DNA from: a virus
Length of the DNA: 64,000 nucleotides
IMG/VR virus record: IMGVR_UViG_3300027770_003399
Span: 32,001 to 96,000 of that record
Strand: one strand, 5' to 3'
The translations under genes and the position numbers were made by a program. The notes under the pieces are model-generated. The model did no database searches, was not told the DNA's origin, and was given only the letters and a program-made list of their open reading frames with translations. Shown piece by piece: positions 17,394 through 29,059 of this stretch (position 1 is the stretch's first letter; the number at the start of each line of letters is the position of its first letter).

Positions 17394-19324
17394 ATGAAAC
17401 ATCCAACAAATAAAGAAAAGATAAAAAGGTACGAAGACTTATTCCATGCTATTAATCTCGCTATTGTAGGTTGTAATAATGATCTTATAAATATTTATAT
17501 TGGACAAATTGATAGCTGGAGTTATGCTCACAGAATTGGTAATGGACAATTATCTGAAAGTAAACAGAAAAGAATAATAACAAATGCTTTTTACAGATTA
17601 GGAGAAACTGATACTTATGATGAACATGAATAGTGACAATGTGGGAGATTTATTCTCTTACTATAAGGACTATCTGGATAGATTAGAAGATAATAATATT
17701 ATCAATAATACAACTGATCATCCTTTGAACTTTATGACTTGGTGGGAGGAAGTATACTATCCATTGACTCTGGGTGGGTGAATTTCTTGTTGTTAGGGGT
17801 TTTAAATTGATTTGTGGGGCAAAATACTATTATTTTAAATAAGGGTTAAAAATGAAAAAGAATGACGATCTGGGAATTATCAGTGTTGGATCATCGGTTA
17901 ATCTAACTGGTGATGTTATGGGGGTTATTATTAGTATTAATATTAAATATAACAATCATATTACTTATGAGTGTTCGTGGTGGAATGGACGGAATCACGA
18001 AACAAAATGGTTTGAAGAATTTGAGTTGACAAAAGCTGTTGGACAGGATAAAACAACGATAGGATTTTTGTGAAATATAGGAATATCTTAATAAGAATAA
18101 TTATCGTGATCCTATGTTTTATTGTGGGATATATTATTGGCAACTGCTTATAAGAACAATCAGGGATTAGAAAGAGACATTGACAGAATTTGTATTTTCT
18201 GTATAATCATACAGACGATCCGAGGAAAAATCAAGATCGAAAAAGAAAGTTTATATTCGGGTAGAATATATATTAGTAACTATTTATAAGGAGATTTAAA
18301 ATGGGAGATAAGCTGTATACTGCTACTAGACTGCATTTCGAGGCGAAGCAATCAGAGGCTATTGCTACGTTAGACGTTTATTTTAATAAAGCCGCTGGAA
18401 TAGGTGAGCATTCTGACTTGTTGACGGAGATCATCAAATGGACTGATATTTTAGCAGCATCTAGTGACGCATTAGAGAGACTAGCCACTTATTTCAATAC
18501 TGATGGCAGTGCAAAATGAATCGCTGAGAGAACATACGTCTTCTTTAAAAACAAGATTTTTGTGATCATGCTATTGACAAAGCTGTGGCATTGTGGTAAA
18601 ATCAGTAAACAAGGAGAAAAAGAGATGTTTTATTTTACAGATGGCGGTGTTCGGGGCAGTTGTGAACATAAACACAAGACTGTAGAGACGGCCCAAAGAT
18701 GTTTAGACTCTGATCATATCGGTTGTCACTATCAGGGTGGGTATTCGGATCGATCTATCTATTCTCAAGATGGTGATAGAGTAGAGTTAATTGGTTATGG
18801 AGCAGATGACGAATGAAAGAATTTCTAATAGTAAATGCTAACACCAATCAGATATTGGGCAATGAAAATAGTAGAGACAAAGCATTAGATTTTGTCAACG
18901 CGATTTTGCTCAAGTCTGATCTAGAGCGTGTCGATATAGTGGTATATGAAGCAACACCTCTCATGTGGAATCCCCATAGGAAAAAAGTGTATGCTAACTA
19001 CCAATAGGGTGTATTATGAAGGAGTTTTGGAAAATGACCGCTCAGATTTTGTATGTGGTGTTAAGTATCTGTTGTCTATATTATGCTGATTTTTTACACA
19101 AGAATATAAAACCTGCCGAGTCCCCACCAGCAAACATAGAAAAAAAAGATTTTATTCCTTCATGGGAATACTATTGGGCCGCTTACGACAAAAACAATAA
19201 CAAAACCTACTACTATTATAACGGATTATGGTATGACAAGCCAACACAAATACGACAATATCCAAATCAAGATCAAAAAGTTCTGGGAACAGCGAACTGG
19301 ACACAATCCACATATCTCAGGTAG
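17394..19324 (+). CDS. run of small hypothetical ORFs (17394-17633, 17852-18073, 18301-18519, 18625-18816, 18813-19007, 19016-19324)
   Basis: ORF track; individual RBSs and TTGACA promoters at 17335 and about 18575. Confidence 0.55.
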
Positions 19325-19707
19325 TGGACAACACAATTCTATCCCTAAAAAAGAACGCACAAGGGCAGAATCTAAGAAGGAATCGATAAATGAATGGAAC
19401 GGTATTTGAAATATTTCTCTTGATCGCTCTGGTTTGTGGTATCATAAGCGTTCTTATTAAGAGATATTCTTAATTCTTAAAAATATTTTTCTGAAATATT
19501 CACCTATTGACAAGCGTTGTTTGGTCTGGTAGAATACTATCATGGAGATAAAAATGCCATTTGAGTTCAGCGAAGTCCTTGAAGATAGCTTGGAAGAGTT
19601 TGTTTATGAGGGTTCTAGTTTTTCTTTTTCTAAAGAAGAAGAATCGGACTATTCAGAATGGCTTAACTATTACAAGGATCAGGCAATAGACTTTATAGAT
19701 TGATAAA

Positions 19708-20280
19708 ATGTCTAATAAACTACTACCTATTGAAGATTGGCGTAAGACCGATAGCGGCGAGTATATTGCTGCTACCGATCATACTGGAACAATCCTTAAT
19801 CATCGTAGCAGAAATAAGATCATAGATAAGGCTGTTTGTGAACTTGCTCCAATAGTACATAGGTTTGAAAGTATTGTCTGTTGTGGAACAAGTGGTCTAA
19901 TGGTTGTGCCACAAATAGCGGAAAGACTAAGAAAGAATATAGTTGTAATTCGTAAAGGAACTGAAAATTGTTATTCTGACTTTATGATTGAGGGGCCACA
20001 GCCAAGAAGATTTATTATTGTGGATGATTTAATCTGTTCTGGAAATACTATCAAACATATATTATCTCAAATTAGTATAGAATATAATACAAATGTTTGC
20101 TATCCTGTTGGGATATATTGCTATCTTCCTGAACATTGTTACTATGGATCGTCTTCGCTTGCTTATTACGATAATCCAGACGCTGCGGCAATGAATTTCC
20201 ACAGGAAGTATAAGTTTCATTATCTAAATAGTTATGGAATAAATAAATTGCTAGGATTACCAGCTATTAAAAATGTTTAG
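19708..20280 (+). CDS. type I phosphoribosyltransferase domain protein
   Basis: PRPP-binding loop FIIVDDLICSGNT; SG.......A...RK motif. Confidence 0.85.
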   Translation: MSNKLLPIEDWRKTDSGEYIAATDHTGTILNHRSRNKIIDKAVCELAPIVHRFESIVCCGTSGLMVVPQIAERLRKNIVVIRKGTENCYSDFMIEGPQPRRFIIVDDLICSGNTIKHILSQISIEYNTNVCYPVGIYCYLPEHCYYGSSSLAYYDNPDAAAMNFHRKYKFHYLNSYGINKLLGLPAIKNV

Positions 20281-21267
20281 TTTTCAAGAAATAAAAAAGT
20301 GGGCAAAGCAACAAGGATACAACACCATTAAAGAAGAGGATGGGTATTACTGGACTAAAAATAATAATATAGAATCTAGTGGGGTATCTAAGAGTGTTAG
20401 TAAACTAGCTAGAGATATTTTTAATCATATAACAAACAACAAATGGATTGATTATCAGGCCGAGTATTTGAAGACTATTACAAAAGAGATCGATTTTAAA
20501 TCTTTACAAGGATACCAATAATGTCATCATTTAAATCATTCTGCGAAACATTAGAAAATAGTGTTGGGGAAAGTAAAGTAGACGACAATCTTCATATAAT
20601 CAGAAAGATGTATGATAAATATGCGACTGCTGAACAAGTGTTGCTTAGACTAGCTAAAGAAGATACATCATTACTTGTTGAGAATTGTGCTACTGTAGAG
20701 TATGAGAGTTTATTTACTCTAAATATTAATGATAAGGTGATGGTTGGGAAAGATTGTGGTAAAGTTGAATCTGTCTTATCTTCGGGTTATAATATAAAGT
20801 TAGATAATGGAGCAAAATATTATTTAGCCTCTGTGAAAGTTCATATCTAAATTATGTGTAATCATTCTTATCTATTGGAGAGGCCCAATGACTCTTATTA
20901 ATATAACATTAATATTATTTGCTATATATATGACTATGGGTTTGCTACTATTGGTTATTATGCTATGTGTAATGATCTATGTTGTTTATGAAATTAATCG
21001 GAAACATATTATCCCCACCAAATTAAAGGAGAAAAAATGTCTAAAAACAAATATTCAGTAACCGCACAAGGAAAACTAATCAATCCCGGTTTGGATAATA
21101 AAGATTTAGACGGACAAACAATACTTCTGTATGATGATATTATAGCAGATACTATGGAGGAAGCAGAAGCTACTTTTAAAAAACTATTTGGATCAACCCA
21201 TGAAATTATTAGGGTTTATTCTGTTCATCTTATTACGAATGATAAAAAACTAGCAAAGGTAGCATAA
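20273..21267 (+). CDS. hypothetical ORFs (20273-20521, 20521-20850, 21037-21267)
   Basis: ORF track; overlapping start/stop codons. Confidence 0.55.
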
Positions 21268-21693
21268 ATGAGAGTAATAGCAATCCTTGTTTTATTGTTT
21301 TGTCTTTTCTCTTTTTTAGAAAATAACAAAGCATCAGAATATGATGATGTATTTGACGCTGCTAAAAATACCAAAGGGATCGTACTATTATATTTTACTG
21401 ATGAAAGTTGTTCTTGGTGTTATAAATTAAAGCCTATATTTAAAACCCCAGAAGTACAAAAGATTATAAGTAAATACTTCTTTGTAGAAATAGACATAAC
21501 AGATAATCCAGAATTATATAGTTTTTATAAGATTTCCTCTATACCAGCTTATATGTTGGTGGACGGTAACAAAAAGATTATTATTAGAGGAATGGGATAC
21601 AAGGACAAAACAAATTTTATAAATTGGTTACAAACTTATAAGAAAGAGGATACTAATGTCAGGAAAAGGATCAAATCCGCGACCAGTAAATAA
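21268..21693 (+). CDS. thioredoxin-fold protein with a signal peptide
   Basis: LLYFTDESCSWCYKL (CxxC); IPAYML cis-Pro region; hydrophobic N-terminus. Confidence 0.85.
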   Translation: MRVIAILVLLFCLFSFLENNKASEYDDVFDAAKNTKGIVLLYFTDESCSWCYKLKPIFKTPEVQKIISKYFFVEIDITDNPELYSFYKISSIPAYMLVDGNKKIIIRGMGYKDKTNFINWLQTYKKEDTNVRKRIKSATSK

Positions 21694-22210
21694 GAAACTC
21701 TATGATACTAATTATGAGCAGATATTTGGCAAAAAGACTAAAATAAAAACCAAACCCAAAAAACCTGCTGAATGGGATGCTGAAGATGTTGCTACAGCAG
21801 AATCTAGAGAAAATGAACCTAGTACAATATGGATAACACAAGATAACGATCAAACAGAAAGATAATAATGAGTAAGCCCCTGATTATTATAACTGGATTA
21901 ATTTATCTCTATGTTGCTGTGGAGCAATGGTACAATGGAAACAATGCTATGTGTTTAGCTTATGTAGGATATAGTTTTAGCAATGTTGGATTATATTTTT
22001 TAGCTCATTAGGAGAATAAATGAAACAACAACAAATAGTTATATTGAAAATTAGTTATGAAGACAAAAATAATCCTCCATCTTCTTGGCATTGGCCCACA
22101 ATAATAGGATGCGAAGATAATTGTGTAGAAATTATGAATTATGGGGGCGTGGAAGAAATTCCTGAAGTGGCCTCTTGACAATGCCGATATTCATGGTACA
22201 ATTGTGTTTT

Positions 22211-22282
22211 TGCGGGATAGCATAATGGTAATGCACCAAACTGTTAATTTGCAAGATATAAGTTCGACTCTTATTCCCGCAG
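22211..22282 (+). tRNA. tRNA-Asn(GTT)
   Basis: Cloverleaf; acceptor TGCGGGA/TCCCGCA; loop CTGTTAA; one C-C mismatch in the anticodon stem; own promoter at about 22175. Confidence 0.88.
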
Positions 22283-22310
22283 TTGTTCTCCCTCTTAAAA
22301 GGATAAATCG

Positions 22311-23228
22311 ATGAGTTATGGTATCTGTTGTATAGTATTGTCTTTAGCCGATCAAGACCCGCCAGTCAAATTTCAGACCATGACATATAAAAGATTTTCC
22401 TCATTAGAAATTAGTGAGGCTCTTAATATTTTAGGTGGTAGAATTTTAAATAATATGAATGTTACTTTCGAGTGCATTAAGTTTTGTTTTCAGAATAATT
22501 ATACCTATCGGATTAGTAGTGATCTATTTCCAATTATGACTTATGACAGAGCAAATATTGAGTTGGGCGATCTTCCTCAATATGATGAGATTTTATCTGC
22601 TATGAGTAAGATTAAAGATTTTGTTACAGCTAATCCAACAAGGGTAAGTTGTCATCCTAGTGAATTTAATGTATTGGCATCTTTTAATAGTGTTGCAGTA
22701 GAGAAAACTATTAAGGAATTAAATTATTATAGTTGGTTTATGGACAAGATCGGTTGTTCACCTGATTATAACTCACCTATGAATATTCATATCCATTCAA
22801 ATGCGGGTGAGAGATCAGAAGTTATTGAGAGATTTATGATTAATTATAATAGATTAGATACTAATTGTAGGAATAGATTGGTTATTGAGAATGATGACAA
22901 GTTGAATTGTTGGAGCGTTAATAGGCTAATCAAATACTTGACCCCTGTTCATAATATACCTATCACATTCGACTACCTGCACCATAAATGTCATCCAGAT
23001 GGACTAACGGAACAAGAAGCATTTGAAATATGTGTAGATACTTGGGGACAATACAAGCCACTATTTCATTATAGTGAGAGTAGAATTCTTGGAGATAATC
23101 CTAGAGCACATGCTGATTATCTAACGTCTTTACCAGACACATACGGGGTGGATGTTGATATTGATCTAGAATTAAAGATGAAAGATAAATGTTTTGAATT
23201 TTTACCAGCAGGAGTAGTATTACAATGA
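22311..23228 (+). CDS. uvsE: UV DNA damage endonuclease (UVDE family)
   Basis: YRISSDLFP, RVSCHPSEFNVL, NIHI, RLVIENDD, FDYLHH, FHYSES, HADY and ELKMKD motifs. Confidence 0.95.
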   Translation: MSYGICCIVLSLADQDPPVKFQTMTYKRFSSLEISEALNILGGRILNNMNVTFECIKFCFQNNYTYRISSDLFPIMTYDRANIELGDLPQYDEILSAMSKIKDFVTANPTRVSCHPSEFNVLASFNSVAVEKTIKELNYYSWFMDKIGCSPDYNSPMNIHIHSNAGERSEVIERFMINYNRLDTNCRNRLVIENDDKLNCWSVNRLIKYLTPVHNIPITFDYLHHKCHPDGLTEQEAFEICVDTWGQYKPLFHYSESRILGDNPRAHADYLTSLPDTYGVDVDIDLELKMKDKCFEFLPAGVVLQ

Positions 23229-23767
23229 ATAAATGTGGTTGTCAAGGACGGTGTTCTTGTGGTAGAGGCTATTCTGGATACCCTCATGTATGGGAAAAGA
23301 ATGACCCTTGGGACAAGACTTTAGATAATATTCCAAAAAATAAACAGATTGAATATGATGCCTATGGACAATATTCCAATTCTGATCCTGATGATTTATT
23401 CTTTAAGGGAACCAAACGAACTAAGCCAGTACCTATTCCATTAAAAGCTGTTGATGACTCTTGGAAATTAGATTATGAAAGAGAACTGAAAGACCCAATC
23501 AAAATTGTTTTTCCTCGATCAGCAGCAGAAGAGGCAGCAGAAAAGGCAGCAAAAGAGACAACATCTGTTGGGCCTGTTTCGATCTTAACTCTAAAAGGAG
23601 TTATCGCTGTTGACGTTAAAGTCGAATCGTTGAATGATTTGGTTATAGATAGTAAAATTTTCAAAATCAAAAGAGCTATACAAGAAAAACTATCTGAAAT
23701 CAAAGAGATTGATATTACTACAAACATTAGCATTGATCTTGTGGATTTGAAACAAACTATTACATAA
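23225..23767 (+). CDS. hypothetical protein
   Basis: ORF track. Confidence 0.55.
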   Translation: MNKCGCQGRCSCGRGYSGYPHVWEKNDPWDKTLDNIPKNKQIEYDAYGQYSNSDPDDLFFKGTKRTKPVPIPLKAVDDSWKLDYERELKDPIKIVFPRSAAEEAAEKAAKETTSVGPVSILTLKGVIAVDVKVESLNDLVIDSKIFKIKRAIQEKLSEIKEIDITTNISIDLVDLKQTIT

Positions 23768-23768
23768 C

Positions 23769-24227
23769 ATGAAGATTATAGATAAGTCTTTAAAAATAGC
23801 TTATGGATTATTCAAGCCTAATCCTTATCAGAGAAGGTATCATTTCGCTATAGCTTTCGATGGGAAAAAACCAATAGGTATTGGACAAAATAATCCTATT
23901 AAAATGAATGCTAAAGCTAAGATGATTGGGGACTTATTTAATATACAAACATATATTGAGTTTCCTTTTCTCCATGCTGAAGTTAATCTATTATGTAATT
24001 TATGGAATGAATACGAGAATATTGATCCATCATGGAAAGTTGTGGTATTGAGAATCAATCGCCCCGGTAAACTTATGATGAGTAAACCCTGCAATAATTG
24101 TGAAAAAATTCTATCTAAGGTTAATTTAAAAAAAATTATTTGGAGTGGAGAAAATGGAGTATTCTGTCAAAGAAGTAAGGATTCTTTCTCAAGTTTGGTC
24201 TTGACAAACCCGAATATAGAGGTATGA
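23769..24227 (+). CDS. cytidine/dCMP deaminase-like zinc protein
   Basis: HAE ... SKPCNNC zinc-binding motifs. Confidence 0.85.
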   Translation: MKIIDKSLKIAYGLFKPNPYQRRYHFAIAFDGKKPIGIGQNNPIKMNAKAKMIGDLFNIQTYIEFPFLHAEVNLLCNLWNEYENIDPSWKVVVLRINRPGKLMMSKPCNNCEKILSKVNLKKIIWSGENGVFCQRSKDSFSSLVLTNPNIEV

Positions 24228-24268
24228 TTAAGACTGATTGAGGAATGACAGAAACTAGGAGATAGAAT

Positions 24269-25813
24269 ATGACGGTTTCAGAATTGATTCTGGCTCTGGA
24301 AAATTGCGATTGCGTAGACAAGGACAACACAGAGGTGTTGTTCGATCATCGCGGAAAACTTTCTTTTTTAAGTCCAGATGTTCGGTACGATTTGAGTTGT
24401 GCTACTACAACTCTATTTTTTGAAAGCAAACTCTCAAAAGAAGATTATGCGAGGTACACATGAGATTATTCTGCTCATACTGTAGAGACGATGTTGATTC
24501 AGAAAGATATGATTTCTTGACAGAGCAAAATAGACCTATCGTATGCAAAGGATGTTCCACAGAAGGAAAAGCTATGGGATTTATGGACTATGGGCATAAA
24601 ACAGCCCCACAATTAGTGATGGTTCCTAGCAATGCCAAAGAAACTATCCGCATTTTACATAGGGCGAACAGAAGAGCCAGATAAATTTTATAAGACCACT
24701 TGACAAGCGATGATGCTCAAGATATACTAAGAGAGATGAGACATAAACCTTCTGGAGAATAGATCATGGGAAAAGGACAAAAACAGTGCGATAAATGTTT
24801 GACGCTAACTGGCCCAAGAGCATTTTGTTGCCCTTCTTGCAAGACTCCCTTTATTTTTAAGGTAAAATCAAAAGAAACAAAAACTACTAAGATTTTGCGT
24901 AATATTGATTGGAAAACTCTGGTATGTGGAGATAGAATAAAGGTAAATGGTGGGCCATACTATATTGGTAAAGACGGTGATTATATTCCTATGGGATACA
25001 GAGGAAAGTTTAGAGTAGAAAAAGTAGAGTTCAATGGGATTCATGCTTATGGAATAGATAAGCATACAGGATATGCTTTTATCTGGATGGGTAAAGATAT
25101 GAAAGATAAGGAGACGAATGTAAATAGGACTGCCCATAAAATAATCAAGTTTAAACTAAAGGAAAACGGTGGTGTATGAATCGAAAAGAAGTTATTGATA
25201 AATTGGAAGATCACAGGGATGCTATCATAGCACATATGAAAGGCATTACAGATATTCTAAAGAACTCAGCACCAAAGCAACACACAAGAGCATACTCAAT
25301 TTGGATTCCCCAAATAATCACAGCATTAACAAGAAATACTAAGTGGCTACCTAGAGGAGACTATTGTATGCAAGATACTTTGGACGATCTCAGAGAAGTT
25401 TCCACCAAAAACAGTGGCAGTTTGTATAAAGTTGTTGGGGTTGAAAAATGACAAAAAAATCATATGTAATTACTCACTTTGATAGCTTTGCAATAGACAT
25501 TAGAAAAGCAGTTGCTGATGCTCTTGTACACAGTAAATTTCCAGATGGTGAAAACACGACAATAGACCTTGATAGTTATATGACAATACATCAAGTTAAA
25601 GACATTATTAGAAATAATGCTCTAGAAGTTACTGATGATGATTGTCCTGTTGTTGATCTAAAAGGTATGGATAATGCTTGGACACAGATTGATACTGGAC
25701 TCTATAATGCGACACTGTCTAAACTAGCAGCTAGTGGACATATTGAATGTGGCTGGGATGAAAGTACAAATAATATGATGTTTTGGCCCAAAGAAAAAAA
25801 AGAAGAAAAATAA
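24269..25813 (+). CDS. hypothetical ORFs including two zinc-ribbon proteins (24269-24463, 24460-24684, 24766-25179, 25176-25451, 25448-25813)
   Basis: CxxC pairs in 24460 and 24766; TTGACA promoters at about 24201 and 24700. Confidence 0.6.
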
Positions 25814-25861
25814 TTAAAGGACTTGACAAGGTCTGATCGAACAGGTAGAATAGATACATAT

Positions 25862-25937
25862 GGGGCGTAAGGTAAGCCGGTTGCATCCGTCACTCTTATA
25901 AGGTGATCATAGGTACGTTCAACTCGTACACGCCCTA
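25862..25937 (+). tRNA. tRNA-Ile(TAT)
   Basis: Acceptor GGGGCGT/ACGCCCT; anticodon arm TCACT-CTTATAA-GGTGA; T arm GTACG-TTCAACT-CGTAC; promoter at about 25823. Confidence 0.8.
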
Positions 25938-25998
25938 TTTTATAGTTTTAGTGTATTCTTTTTTATATAGAAGATTACTTATTTTAAAAGGACATACC

Positions 25999-27243
25999 AT
26001 GAATCGTAGACATTTTCTAAGCCATGTTGCTGGAACAGCAGCAGTAGCAGCACCAATCTCTAATTTTGCAAATTCTATTTTAGCAAATGTTGCTGATCTT
26101 CGCAAAAGACACAAATCCGCTATTCTATTGTGGATGGGTGGTGGGCCAAGCACTATTGATCTATGGGATTTAAAATCTGGTACTCCTACAGCAGGCCAAT
26201 TTAAAAGCATCTCAACCAGTGCTGATGGAGTATCTATCTGTGAACACCTGCCTCTAATGTCCAAGCAGATGCACCACATGAGCATCGTGAGAAGCATGAG
26301 CACTAGAGAAGCCGATCATATGCGTGGAAGATATTATATGCACACAGGATATGTTCCAACTCCTAGTATTGATCATCCTAGTTATGGCAGCGTTATTTCT
26401 CACGAATTAATGGCATCTATTCCAGAACTAGAAATCCCTTCATTCGTTAGTGTTGGTGGAGGCAGTGTCGGCCCCGGCTTTTTAGGCATGGGCTATTCTC
26501 CATTTGTTGTAGATTCTAATGGAAACATTAGAGATTTAGATATGGGAATAGATAATGAAAGAGTTATGCAGAGGCTACAAATGCTATCTGCTATAGAGAA
26601 TAAATTTATTGCTGAAAATAGGGGAGGTGGAGCTTCTGATCATCTGAAAATTGTTGATAGAACAGTAAAGCTAATGACAAGTAAACAGATGGATGCTTTT
26701 AAAGTAAGCAAAGAACCAAAAGAGATGCTTGAAAAATATGGTAATACTGGTTTTGGAAAAGGTTGCTTGATGGCTAGGAGACTCGTTGAAATCGGAGTTC
26801 CTTTCATCGAAGTAGATTTAGGAGGATGGGATAATCATACTGATATTTTTAAAACACTAGAAAATCAAAAACTCCCAGAATTAGACAAAGCTATGAGTGC
26901 TTTAGTAAGTGATCTAAATGATAGGGGTCTATTAGAAGATACTGCCATTATTTGGATGGGGGAATTTGGTAGAACTCCCAATATCAATGCTAACGGAGGA
27001 CGAGATCACTGGGCAAAGAGTTGGAGTGTTGTTGTTGGTGGGGCAGGATTTAAGGGTGGGCTAGTGGTTGGAGAAACTAGCGAAGATGGCAAGGATGTTA
27101 TATCAGAGCCATATTCTTCACAGGATTTAATGGCTAGTGTTATAAAATCTCTTGGAATTTCTCTTGAAACTACTTTTACTTCTAAGAGTGGTAGACCTAT
27201 GAAGATTGCTAATTCTGGCAAAATTATAAAAGAATTATTCTAA
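25999..27243 (+). CDS. DUF1501 family protein with a Tat-like leader
   Basis: MNRRHFL leader; LWMGGGPS..D.WD.K, GGWDNH and GEFGRTP.IN..GGRDHW motifs. Confidence 0.93.
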   Translation: MNRRHFLSHVAGTAAVAAPISNFANSILANVADLRKRHKSAILLWMGGGPSTIDLWDLKSGTPTAGQFKSISTSADGVSICEHLPLMSKQMHHMSIVRSMSTREADHMRGRYYMHTGYVPTPSIDHPSYGSVISHELMASIPELEIPSFVSVGGGSVGPGFLGMGYSPFVVDSNGNIRDLDMGIDNERVMQRLQMLSAIENKFIAENRGGGASDHLKIVDRTVKLMTSKQMDAFKVSKEPKEMLEKYGNTGFGKGCLMARRLVEIGVPFIEVDLGGWDNHTDIFKTLENQKLPELDKAMSALVSDLNDRGLLEDTAIIWMGEFGRTPNINANGGRDHWAKSWSVVVGGAGFKGGLVVGETSEDGKDVISEPYSSQDLMASVIKSLGISLETTFTSKSGRPMKIANSGKIIKELF

Positions 27244-27348
27244 AAAACTAAAGTTTAGAAACCCATCAATCCGATACTTGACAAGACGATTGATCTGTGG
27301 TAGAATGAGTTCTAGGAATAGAAGCATAGAAAAATTTGGAGAAGTATA

Positions 27349-28677
27349 ATGATCTTGGTCAATGCAAAAGCCTTGGACACAAAAGCCTTGTTGAGAGACT
27401 TGAATAATCTGTGCGTGGAACTACAATCCACAAGCAGCAGCAATGATAAGATTGCTATTCTTAAAAAACACCTAGTGACTAACTATCATAGTCAAGATTT
27501 AATTAAACTTGTTAGATATATTTATCATCCCACATATCAATTTTATGTGACCAGTGATAATCTGGTAAAGAAAAACCACCTAACAGGTTCCTCTTATGTT
27601 GACATATTTGACTTGTTGGACGATCTCAGAACAAGAAAGATTACTGGTCACGATGCTATTGGAGCAATTAATACTTTTGTCTCTAATTTCCCATCATACG
27701 CAGACCTTATCCACTGCATCATAGACAAAGACCTAAAGACTAGAGCGGGAGATAAGATTATCAATAAGGTTATTCCTGATCTTATTCCTATCTTTGAAGT
27801 TGCTCTTGCTGCTAGTTATGAAGATGCTAAGGTGGATTTTGCCGACAGGTGGTATTCATCTCAGAAAATGGACGGGGCGAGATGTATCGTAGTGGTTGAC
27901 GACAAAGGAAAAACAACTACTTTTTCAAGACAAGGCAAAATCTTTGAAACTCTTGGCTTGGTACAAGAAGCTATTGAGTCTCTAGGTTTAAAAGATGTTG
28001 TATTTGATGGGGAAATTTGTTTACTAGATTTTCAGGGCAAAGAGAGTTTTCAGGGAATAATGAAGTTGATAAGAAAGAAAGACTTTACTATTTCAAATCC
28101 TGTGTTTAAAATATTTGATCTATTGTCTTCCAAAGAGTTCTATGATAGAGTAGGTTCAAGAAGTTTAAGTGTAAGACTATCCAATCTTAATGATATTTTA
28201 TCTAAAAATGATAATCCAACACTAACTATTCTGACCCAAACTCTGATTAAAGATCAAAAACATTTTGAATATTTGATCCAAGAATCAGTAGAAAATAAGT
28301 GGGAGGGTCTTATTCTAAGGAAAGATGCTGGATATAAGGGGAAAAGGAGCAAAGATTTACTCAAGCAAAAATCTTTCTTTGATGATGAATACCAGATTAT
28401 GGATACAGAGATGGGTAAATTTAGGTATCTTAAAGAGGGTAAAGAATATGAAGAAACTATGCTATCTAGTATAATTATTCATCACAAGGGGAATTCGGTT
28501 GGGGTAGGTTCTGGGTTTACTGTGGATCAAAGACAAGAATTTTATAAAAACCCAAAAAAGATTCTGGGTAAGATTGCTACTATCCAATATTTTGAAGAAA
28601 CTAAAAATCAAAATGGGGGAATTTCTTTGAGGTTTCCAACATTTAAATATTTGCACGGTGAAGAAAGAGACACATAA
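27349..28677 (+). CDS. ATP-dependent DNA ligase
   Basis: SQKMDGARC (KxDG), FDGEI, FKIFD, WEGLILRK, LLKQK and SLRFP motifs. Confidence 0.95.
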   Translation: MILVNAKALDTKALLRDLNNLCVELQSTSSSNDKIAILKKHLVTNYHSQDLIKLVRYIYHPTYQFYVTSDNLVKKNHLTGSSYVDIFDLLDDLRTRKITGHDAIGAINTFVSNFPSYADLIHCIIDKDLKTRAGDKIINKVIPDLIPIFEVALAASYEDAKVDFADRWYSSQKMDGARCIVVVDDKGKTTTFSRQGKIFETLGLVQEAIESLGLKDVVFDGEICLLDFQGKESFQGIMKLIRKKDFTISNPVFKIFDLLSSKEFYDRVGSRSLSVRLSNLNDILSKNDNPTLTILTQTLIKDQKHFEYLIQESVENKWEGLILRKDAGYKGKRSKDLLKQKSFFDDEYQIMDTEMGKFRYLKEGKEYEETMLSSIIIHHKGNSVGVGSGFTVDQRQEFYKNPKKILGKIATIQYFEETKNQNGGISLRFPTFKYLHGEERDT

Positions 28678-28688
28678 TAAGTAGCCGC

Positions 28689-28942
28689 CAATTTTTCCAA
28701 ACAACATTTGATCTCTGAAATAATTTAAAACGTCATTCCAAAAGAATTTAAACCGTCATTATTTTTTGAGATTATATTTACTCTATCAGAATTTACGAAG
28801 TCATTCCACAAGAATTTATCACTTCATTCTGATAGAGTTAAAATATTTTCGTTTTTGTTAGTAAGAGTATAAGAATTTAGCCGGTCATTCCAAAAGAATT
28901 TACCGCCCCATTCTAAACTTTTGCTAACAAAGACGAGAATAT
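28689..28942 (+). ncRNA. three-hairpin guide-like RNA cassette, copy 1
   Basis: Hairpins 28711-28772, 28781-28837 and 28843-28942; each reads long stem-GAAT-[TTA N5 TC]-ATTC-CA(A/C)A-A-GAAT-[TTA N5 (T/C)C]-ATT(C)-stem. Confidence 0.8.
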
Positions 28943-28957
28943 ATTTTGGAAAGGCAC

Positions 28958-28986
28958 TTGACAAGATTATAGGGTTGATGTAAAAT
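28958..28986 (+). promoter_or_regulatory. sigma70-type promoter of the IS110/TasR-like gene
   Basis: TTGACA-17 bp-(TG)TAAAAT. Confidence 0.75.
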
Positions 28987-29059
28987 ACGAAAAGATACAA
29001 TGGCTCAACAGCGTTTAAGTTTTCCGTTTAAAGTTCTAAAAGGAGATAGTATATAAGTT

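Noticed and set aside
25903-25998. N-terminal extension of the DUF1501 ORF in the ORF track
   Set aside because: It overlaps tRNA-Ile; ATG 25999 gives the typical MNRRHFL leader with an RBS
28711-28942. Mini-CRISPR or simple terminator reading of the hairpin cassette
   Set aside because: Variable segments are only 5 nt and sit in paired internal loops; there are no poly-T tails, and the architecture is repeated six times
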